A stretch of 64,000 bases of DNA from positions 32,001 to 96,000 of the IMG/VR virus record IMGVR_UViG_3300025087_000641; one strand, 5' to 3'. A model generated the notes under the pieces. It searched no databases and was not told where the DNA came from. It was given only the letters and a program-made list of their open reading frames with translations. Each line of letters starts with the position of its first letter. Positions within the stretch are counted from its first letter, which is position 1. This DNA comes from a virus. The position numbers and the translations under genes were made by a program. This document shows, piece after piece, positions 57,230-64,000 of the stretch.

Positions 57230-58213
57230 ATGTCTTATCATGTCCCTAATACAACAATAATCTGTGAACAGTGCGGAAAAGAATTTTCATACTATAAGGT
57301 TGCATCTGTAAAGATGCGACATTTCTGTAGTTGTGAATGTCATGGCATTTCAATAAGAAGGGGATGGTCAAAAAAGGCTTGTGCCATATGCGGAAATGAA
57401 TATATTTCAAAGAATTCAGACAAAAAGTATTGCAGAAGAACCGCATGTAGTATCGGATGTGCCATAAAATTAGCACGACTAGAGAATAAGGAAAAAATCA
57501 ACGAGAAACTATTTTGGAATGAGGCTAGAAAGTCATTTCTTGTTGAAAATTATGCCCTTCTTGGGAAAAAATTATGTGCCGAGAAACTGGGATGTTCTGA
57601 AAAAGCCATAGGTGCACAAGTGCATAGGCTTGGATTGAGTCTTCCGCTAGATATTGCCCAAAAGAATAGAGCAGATGCACTTCGTGAACACCGAAGGGTA
57701 AACGGCCACCCAATGAAAAATCCAGAGATTGCAAGGCGAGGCCGCGAAACATGGCTCAAAAATGTCGGTGAGGTTGGACAAGAGGCTGAAAGGCAAAGAC
57801 TCATAAAAATGTCCAGAGAAATTAGATTGAAAAAATCCTCAAAACTTCAAGAGTCCGTCAGGGATAAACTGCTCACCATAGGATTGGATTTTGAATATGA
57901 ATTCATATTGAATGGGAATTTCATTGTTGATTTTGCATTCCCCAGTAAGAAATTTATTGTACAGATTGATGGATGTTACTGGCATGGGCATTCCTGTAGA
58001 AACAAAGAATTGACAAGTGGTCAAATTTCACAAATCAAGCGGGACGCCTCACAAGATAAATATTGCGAGGTATGTGGATGGATGGTTTTGAGAATATTTG
58101 AGTGTGAGATACACAGGGATTGGACATCATGTCTGGACAAAATATTTTCATGCTTGGGAAAGCCAGCACCTACACCCACTCTGGCACTTAAAATCCCCCG
58201 GAACGCGCTGTGA
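57230..58213 (+). CDS. Vsr/DUF559-like endonuclease with zinc fingers
   Basis: CEQCGKEF, FCSCEC; VDFAFP, QIDGCYWHG, RDASQD..GWMVLRIFECEI. Confidence 0.88.
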   Translation: MSYHVPNTTIICEQCGKEFSYYKVASVKMRHFCSCECHGISIRRGWSKKACAICGNEYISKNSDKKYCRRTACSIGCAIKLARLENKEKINEKLFWNEARKSFLVENYALLGKKLCAEKLGCSEKAIGAQVHRLGLSLPLDIAQKNRADALREHRRVNGHPMKNPEIARRGRETWLKNVGEVGQEAERQRLIKMSREIRLKKSSKLQESVRDKLLTIGLDFEYEFILNGNFIVDFAFPSKKFIVQIDGCYWHGHSCRNKELTSGQISQIKRDASQDKYCEVCGWMVLRIFECEIHRDWTSCLDKIFSCLGKPAPTPTLALKIPRNAL

Positions 58214-60457
58214 TGTTGCGCTAAGATATTCAGAAAACGATTCATATAATCTTCCCGCCTCATCGTGGTATATTGGACAGTCCGTACAATGTTGTGCCTG
58301 TGGGTCAAGGAATGCCTTGATGGGCTTATTATTTTCTTTTGCATCTAGCCCAACACCCCAATTGTAAAGGTTCCAGTATTCCGTTGCATAGGATTCTACC
58401 CTAGATTCTACCGTGAATAAAACCGCCCTTAATGTTTCCTCGCCCGCGCCCGAAGAGATAGCAAGTAGAATGTCTGGATCATCAAATGCCCTCTGTAATT
58501 TGGTAGCAATGGCAGGAATAAGACTGGTGGCAAGATAGGTTTCATTGCTTCTAAGTGCCTCTGCCAACTTGTCTACCAATTCTGGCGATTGCCCATTATT
58601 GCCAACTGCAATGTCAATTGCGTTCGGCAGAGTTTTTCTGCCAAGCGCAATCAATAGAACTAATAGAATGGCGAGTCTTTCATCTGTAATGCGTTTACGA
58701 CTTTCTGCATCTTTGGCATCTGCAAGACTTTTAGCAGTTTCATCCGTCCAATCCTCATAGGTCTCGGCTAATTCCCCCTGATAGGCATTTGTCGCTATAG
58801 TTTGCTTGTTTTTTCTACCCCTCCCGCCCCCGCGAGTATCCGAGAGTTTTGTGTTCTCAAACACTGTCTTGATTTCCGTTTCAGTCTTGTCACACTCCAG
58901 TAATCCGCCACGAATGGCATGATAGAGTCTTGGGGGCAGGACTTCGCTTTTGAATGAGTACAGACCGGGATTGCGCCCAGCAACAGACTCTTTTGTGGCA
59001 ACCTTCCGCCAACGATTTAGTTCTGTGCGTATGCCCTCGTCAATGGCGGCTTGTGGCAATTCGGGTATATCCTTTGCCGCATCTGACAATTGATTGACTG
59101 GCGCATCAGATTCCGACATCGCCGCATTGGGTGAAGGGAGGCGTCTTGGTGATTTCGGATCGTTCCCCCCCTTGCCCCCCGGCGCAGTTCCCACAACAGA
59201 AAGTCCTTTTAGCGCAGAAACATAGGCAGGATCAGTCGCTAGTGGAACTGGCAAATTTCCAATCTCGTCATCCTCATACGGGGGTAACATCAAGTCCTGC
59301 CGCGCCTCATTGAACTTCTTGACTCGCCAGTAGACATTCCTCTCTTGCACGTTCAATGCACGGTCTTGTGTTCGGATGTCATCGAACTCATAAACCAAAT
59401 CCTCGCCATAGAATCTGTGAAGTGCCTGTACGGAGATTTGTCCAGCAACGAGTCTGTGAGTCGGGTGGATAATGGTGTCTTGGAACATGCGGTATCTCTG
59501 CCTAAGTTCCGACTCTGTCTGCTTGCCATGTAATTCGTATCCTAGGAACACCACATCAATCTCGTCGCGGGTGAACTCTCTCTGCCCAATCAACTCCATT
59601 TCTTTTTGGGTGAGTCCAAGTGTGGTTGCCTTGACATCACCCGCCCGCGTGATAATTACCTTCTGTTCCTCCTCGAAGTCGTGGCGAATCTGTGCGCTTA
59701 GGGATATGAAATCCCGTTCCCCCGTTTCTTCTGGTAGCGATATGATGCTTCTCGGCATACCTCTACCAGAGACATATGTATCTCTCTGAAACTTTCCTGT
59801 TCCGATTTCGGTTTCCATTGCCAACAATGCGGCATTGAGGGGGACTTCGCCATCCAATAGAGTGAATGGATTGGGAAACTGAAAATGCACAACATATTCT
59901 GGGAGAATAATCTTGCTTTGTCCTGACAGCGTGGTGTATTGGTATCCACGAAGCATCTTCTCCTTGTCTGGAATGGGCTTGACTCTATCTGCCGGAATGG
60001 GCCAGATTTCAACAATCTCTTTCGCATTCCCCGCCGCTGGTGCTAAGAACCAATAGGCATTACCCTTCAATTGCATCCACTTGATAGTGTAAATCCACAG
60101 GAACGACAAATCCATCTTGTCGTTTGGCTTACGCAAAAGCAATTCAAATGGATGGTTCTTTATACTGTTGAGTTGTTCACCTTCTATTCGTTTGACTTCG
60201 CCATTTGCAGAGGAGAATGTATTGGCAAAGAGTCTGATGTCCGAGTATATCCAACTGACAGTAACCGCAATTCTGCGCTTTTGGTCATCTGCCAATTTGG
60301 TAAACGGGTCGCCGTCTGATACGTTTGACAGGAACATTGATACAAGTTGCCTGTCCTGTGTATCTAGTTGCTGAGTCTTCCATGTGTTTGCAGCGAAAGC
60401 CGCCCGCTGGATACCCCACTGCACTAATCCATCTATCAACCCAAGTTTTTTAGCCAT
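58148..60457 (-). CDS. Portal protein fused to a MuF-like C-terminal region
   Basis: HPFELLLRKPN, LKGNAYW, IWPIPADRV, VVHF, NEAR; C-terminal HCTDC..CQSGCRC. Confidence 0.9.
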   Translation of the reverse strand: MAKKLGLIDGLVQWGIQRAAFAANTWKTQQLDTQDRQLVSMFLSNVSDGDPFTKLADDQKRRIAVTVSWIYSDIRLFANTFSSANGEVKRIEGEQLNSIKNHPFELLLRKPNDKMDLSFLWIYTIKWMQLKGNAYWFLAPAAGNAKEIVEIWPIPADRVKPIPDKEKMLRGYQYTTLSGQSKIILPEYVVHFQFPNPFTLLDGEVPLNAALLAMETEIGTGKFQRDTYVSGRGMPRSIISLPEETGERDFISLSAQIRHDFEEEQKVIITRAGDVKATTLGLTQKEMELIGQREFTRDEIDVVFLGYELHGKQTESELRQRYRMFQDTIIHPTHRLVAGQISVQALHRFYGEDLVYEFDDIRTQDRALNVQERNVYWRVKKFNEARQDLMLPPYEDDEIGNLPVPLATDPAYVSALKGLSVVGTAPGGKGGNDPKSPRRLPSPNAAMSESDAPVNQLSDAAKDIPELPQAAIDEGIRTELNRWRKVATKESVAGRNPGLYSFKSEVLPPRLYHAIRGGLLECDKTETEIKTVFENTKLSDTRGGGRGRKNKQTIATNAYQGELAETYEDWTDETAKSLADAKDAESRKRITDERLAILLVLLIALGRKTLPNAIDIAVGNNGQSPELVDKLAEALRSNETYLATSLIPAIATKLQRAFDDPDILLAISSGAGEETLRAVLFTVESRVESYATEYWNLYNWGVGLDAKENNKPIKAFLDPQAQHCTDCPIYHDEAGRLYESFSEYLSATSQRVPGDFKCQSGCRCWLSQA

Positions 60458-60500
60458 TCCTCGTTGCCCCTTTGCTATTCCTCATAGCCTATCGGGTATT

Positions 60501-60518
60501 TGTACAAATTTGACTAAT
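60501..60518 (-). promoter_or_regulatory. Repeated motif ATTAGTCAAATTTGTACA (copy 3)
   Basis: Intergenic, about 45 bp upstream of the portal start. Confidence 0.6.
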
Positions 60519-60529
60519 CCAGTGTCTTT

Positions 60530-60780
60530 CTAGGGAAGTCCATAGTCTTTCTTGTATTTCTCATTCTTTCTCATACATTCATCGCAGACAACATTCTCAT
60601 TGTCCGACTCTCTTACAACCCCCATATTCCAACCATGCGATAGAACCCAGAAGTACCCATGCTTGATTCCAGTCCGTGTACTGTTTCGTGGCATCTGTCG
60701 CACACCACGGAAACACTTTTCAGTTTGTGGTGGTTGCCATAGTCTCTAAAGCCATCTGGGATATTGCTTTTGTGGCTCAT
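60530..60780 (-). pseudogene. Small two-CxxC gene frameshifted at a G5 tract
   Basis: Adding one G at 60619-60623 joins ..CDRCH..GFYRMVGIWG to VVRESDNENVVCDECM..LP*. Confidence 0.55.
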
Positions 60781-62192
60781 ACAAACTCCAGCATGGCAAT
60801 CCGACTACTGCGGATTGACGGGATCAAATAGCGAGTTGTGTCTGCATAATGGAAGGCGTTTTTGTTGTAAATCTCGTCTGTGGGATTGCCGGAATTGTCG
60901 TACTTGCGCCGATACAACAGCATATCGTTTTGGATTCCGGGCAAATCGTCAAAGAAGAACAAGTTGTTCTGTTTGATGTGTGAGTAGACAATGTTGATTC
61001 CCAACCAGACATCTGCAATCTTTGGCAGTTTCACGGATAGTCCGCCGTCTCTAAATTCTTGTCGCCATTGACCCTCTGCCTTTGCGCCTCCCCAACACAG
61101 AGGAAGCATGTTTTCAGATTCCACCATTGCCTCAACGTGCTCTTTCGCGCTTCTTCCGCCCGCCTTGTATTCCCGATAGCAATACAGTTTTCTACTCCTT
61201 GGATCTTCTGCCCAGAATGTCGCCACAGTGTTGACAGCGCCAAAGTCCAATCCCATGTATCTCTGCCATGTGGCGTCTATCTCAAATCTTGGAATGAAAT
61301 GTAAATCCTCATTGAGGCAGTCGTAGATCATGTGGCGAGGCCGACTGATTCTGCCTCGGTAGAACATATTGAACAAGTCATCTGGGAGTTTTTCTTTGGC
61401 GTCGTTCCACTCCTCAATTGAGAATTCTGGATTGACAATTGAATCGTACTGAATTAGCGTGCAATCCTCTTTCTCGCTTTCTGTAATGTCTATCTCCGCC
61501 CCATTAGGCATTGACTCTGTTCTAGTAATGCCGGTTTTGATTACGGGGTCTATCAGTTCACTTTTCAGCCAGCCCAAATTATAAAGTGTCGTGGAAATTA
61601 GTTTCCTGCCGCGATTGAGGGCCAACCGACGATTGATAGCGCGATATGCCTCTAGTGGGAATTCATCCTGTCCCGCCTCATCCAAACATGCCGCTTTTGC
61701 AGTTGCGCTTTCAAGACCTCCCAGAGATTGGGCAGACCTCAGAATGATACGTCCCCACATTGTATCTGTGGACTTCTCTGCCCAATACTCGCCAGTCTTT
61801 GGGTCTTTCAGTTCTATTATTTTGTCGCCCGCCCAAAACCTGCCCCATCCAAGAATATCCTCAAAGACCTTGAGAACTTCCGGCAAGAACTTCAACTTGA
61901 ATAGGTCAAACGATGAGGTTACAGCAATATAGTCGCCAGTACCTTTTAGTTGTATTTCGCGCTTAAGCCACCACGGTAGCCACGAGGTCTTCCCAGATTG
62001 ACTCCCGGCTGAGAGTACAATGGTTCGTCGCGTACTATCATATCCAACCGATTGAGCAAGATGAAATGGTACGGGCTTTCCGTCTTTACCAATGATGTGT
62101 CTATCGGGCCAGTCTACTTGCTTGATTTTAGACTTGGCACGGGCTTGTTCTAACCTATCCAGTATTGCTCTGTTCTGTAGTTGCTCCAACAT
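60777..62192 (-). CDS. terL: Terminase large subunit
   Basis: Walker A AGSQSGKT, Walker B ACLDEAG, ISTT, MGLDFG, HYADTTRY. Confidence 0.93.
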   Translation of the reverse strand: MLEQLQNRAILDRLEQARAKSKIKQVDWPDRHIIGKDGKPVPFHLAQSVGYDSTRRTIVLSAGSQSGKTSWLPWWLKREIQLKGTGDYIAVTSSFDLFKLKFLPEVLKVFEDILGWGRFWAGDKIIELKDPKTGEYWAEKSTDTMWGRIILRSAQSLGGLESATAKAACLDEAGQDEFPLEAYRAINRRLALNRGRKLISTTLYNLGWLKSELIDPVIKTGITRTESMPNGAEIDITESEKEDCTLIQYDSIVNPEFSIEEWNDAKEKLPDDLFNMFYRGRISRPRHMIYDCLNEDLHFIPRFEIDATWQRYMGLDFGAVNTVATFWAEDPRSRKLYCYREYKAGGRSAKEHVEAMVESENMLPLCWGGAKAEGQWRQEFRDGGLSVKLPKIADVWLGINIVYSHIKQNNLFFFDDLPGIQNDMLLYRRKYDNSGNPTDEIYNKNAFHYADTTRYLIPSIRSSRIAMLEFV

Positions 62193-62706
62193 CGGTTGGG
62201 GTAAGTTCCTTGAATTCCCCCTCTATGAGTTCTTCTTGTGGTGCTTCTATCATCTTCGCCACTTCGGAGTAAAGTTCTTTTGGCAATGCCTCTTCTAGTG
62301 CCTCTTGTGTAATCTCGCCACGCCGAAGCATTCCGAGGGCAACCACTCTCCAGTCTTTGTCGTAATTGTGAATCTCCTTGCGCTCACTCCACCTGTCTGG
62401 GAAACGACGCGCAAGGAACTTGAGTCCTATCTCCGCGTCATCCATTGATTTGGCGCGGATGTTTTCAACTATCTCAACTTCACAGGCAGCCTCCGCCTCC
62501 CGAATTTGGTCAATGAATGCAATGAGTTCGGGGGGCGGAGGTTCTGGATTGAGTCTATCCTTGTATTCTGCCCACTTCACCCATTTTGCATAGGTGGAGG
62601 GATGAATACCAACCGCACGGCAAGCCACTCTGATGTGGTTGCCGTTGCGGATGAATTCCAGCAGAGTAGATTGTGTTTTTGGGTCTGCCCAGAGAGGTTC
62701 AATCAC
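62155..62706 (-). CDS. terS: Terminase small subunit
   Basis: HTH ACRAVGIHPSTYAKW, EAEAACE, FLARRFPDRW; upstream of terL. Confidence 0.85.
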   Translation of the reverse strand: MIEPLWADPKTQSTLLEFIRNGNHIRVACRAVGIHPSTYAKWVKWAEYKDRLNPEPPPPELIAFIDQIREAEAACEVEIVENIRAKSMDDAEIGLKFLARRFPDRWSERKEIHNYDKDWRVVALGMLRRGEITQEALEEALPKELYSEVAKMIEAPQEELIEGEFKELTPTDVGATTEQSNTG

Positions 62707-62710
62707 TCAA

Positions 62711-62935
62711 TTACTTGAATAGCCCAAAACGCTTGCCCAATCCATGCACACCAGATGTGCCTAGCCACGCCAGAATTGCCGCATAGATAGCCGCCAGCAA
62801 TGCATCATTGGTCGGAATGTCGCCAAGCAATCTGGCAATGTAGAGTCCTAAAATTGTGGTCGCTAGAACCACAGTCTTTTGACTCACAAGAAGATTCTTG
62901 AGCCATTCCAAGAGAAGTTTTAGATAATCAGACAT
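62711..62935 (-). CDS. Small two-TM holin-like protein
   Basis: Two hydrophobic segments and a basic C-terminus; GGAG RBS. Confidence 0.6.
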   Translation of the reverse strand: MSDYLKLLLEWLKNLLVSQKTVVLATTILGLYIARLLGDIPTNDALLAAIYAAILAWLGTSGVHGLGKRFGLFK

Positions 62936-62975
62936 TTGTTTTCTCCATTCTAGTGAATTGTTGTTATGTCCAGTT

Positions 62976-63003
62976 ATTCTATTCGCTTTTTATGAAAAGT
63001 CAA
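62976..63003 (-). promoter_or_regulatory. Promoter at the head of the virion operon
   Basis: TTGACT-N16-TAGAAT. Confidence 0.6.
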
Positions 63004-63054
63004 GGGATGAATCTGATACTTGACAACACCACGAAAATGCTGTATATAGATAAA

Positions 63055-63145
63055 GTGTCTGTTGTGGCGGTAGATGTGTCAGCGTACTTGCAACGCCACA
63101 ACTCCTCCTCTCTGGGCGACTCTGAATGAGTCGCCCGCTTTATTG
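63055..63145 (+). ncRNA. Candidate small RNA
   Basis: TTGACA at 63020; stem GTTGTGGCG/CGCCACAAC; CTCCTCCT; terminator-like GGGCGACTC/GAGTCGCCC. Confidence 0.4.
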
Positions 63146-63196
63146 TCTAGTACCGTTTTCCTATTGCGCCGTGTACAAATTTGTATAAAATAATAG

Positions 63197-63680
63197 TCGC
63201 TGGCTTGGCTTGAAAGAGTCTTTGCCGGTGTGTCTGTGAGAGAACGCGAGGAGAGTCCGTCTACATAAGACGTAAGTAGCAGGCGGTGGAACCGTAGCGA
63301 AATGTGAGGCTTGCTCGTTGGCCGGAGTAATGCGCCCTGAAAGGCGTCAAAACGGCGTCGGCATCGCAAGACTCAGTGACTCGGCTCTGAATGTGGTCAC
63401 GCTAGAAATAGATGTTTCCACCACAGACAAAATTGTAATGGGCGAGTACAAAGGCGTGGAGCCTGTGTGTCAGGGCGCGAAAACCACTCATCCATTGCAA
63501 CAAAATTGAAGTCATACGGGAAGTGGATTGTCTGTTGGACTGTACAGATTGGCAAAATTGAATGAGCCAGCAGTATCCTGGGCAGAAGTACAGACATGCA
63601 ATTCTGCGATACCCGTCAACCCCATGTTGTGTGAGGCTGGACTATGGAGTTTTCTGAGCATGGCAGAAGACTCCACCATA
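63197..63680 (+). ncRNA. Candidate large structured ncRNA
   Basis: About 500 bp with no credible ORF; promoter TTGCGC-N16-TAAAAT; several GNRA-type hairpins; 12-bp 3' hairpin. Confidence 0.45.
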
Positions 63681-63700
63681 TATAAGAGAGGATAATCAGA

Positions 63701-64000
63701 ATGGCAGCAGGACTCCAAATCTCAGTAGACCAAAGCCTCGTTGAGCCAATTGTTCGGGCAGAAATTGAATCTGCTATTGTCTCGCAACTCAACAATGTCC
63801 CAGACCTCGTATCCAAACTTGTGCAAGCGGCAATGGCCGACAAGGTAGACGAACGGGGAAATAAGGGAAGATATGACAGCGATAATAAGTATTTGTTCAT
63901 TGATGTGCTTTGTCGTAATGCAATCCAGTCTGCCGCAAAAGAGGCGATGACAAAGTATATTGCCGAACACTCCACAGAACTCCAAGACGAAATCCGAAAG
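63701..64000 (+). CDS. Hypothetical protein, 3'-truncated by window edge
   Basis: GAGGA RBS; MAAGLQISVDQSLVEPIVRAEIE... open to the end of the window. Confidence 0.7.
   Translation, partial: MAAGLQISVDQSLVEPIVRAEIESAIVSQLNNVPDLVSKLVQAAMADKVDERGNKGRYDSDNKYLFIDVLCRNAIQSAAKEAMTKYIAEHSTELQDEIRK

Noticed and set aside
1-64000. Alternative genetic code, tRNA genes, integrase or att sites
   Set aside because: Core genes are full length under the standard bacterial code. No tRNA cloverleaf or recombinase was recognised by eye, although no scan was run.

Overview
This 64 kb window is part of a large tailed-phage or prophage genome with an HK97-type capsid and a siphovirus-like tail. No integrase or att site is visible, and the host cannot be fixed from sequence alone. 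The left arm (1-21798, + strand) is a tightly coupled sugar operon. It carries a glycosyltransferase, a full pseudaminic-acid-type pathway (PseB, PseC, GNAT, PseG-like, two NeuB, NeuA), GmhA, a KdsC-type phosphatase, two SDRs and formyl-, methyl- and ATP-grasp tailoring enzymes, interleaved with small phage-type ORFs. The right arm (21822-62935, - strand) is the virion operon, running from terminase, portal-MuF, protease and capsid through a large decoration/neck block to tail tube, frameshifted chaperone, tape measure, tail tip and fibre. A block with a DnaB-like helicase, a phosphoesterase and a TylF methyltransferase is embedded in it. Eight intact selfish nucleases and one relic all lie on the + strand. 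Main observations: (1) A transposase-less TnpB is flanked by two diverged copies of the neuA 3' end, and its predicted guide is the displaced copy, as expected for an RNA-guided homing cassette that supplies an immune replacement gene end. (2) Three unrelated nuclease genes share a tandem-promoter, inverted-repeat, terminator leader, suggesting a small-RNA attenuation switch. (3) The phage encodes its own nonulosonate pathway. (4) A tail-terminator paralog is fused to a beta-helix domain. (5) A candidate large structured ncRNA lies at about 63.2-63.7 kb. All family calls come from motif recognition by eye; no database searches were run.
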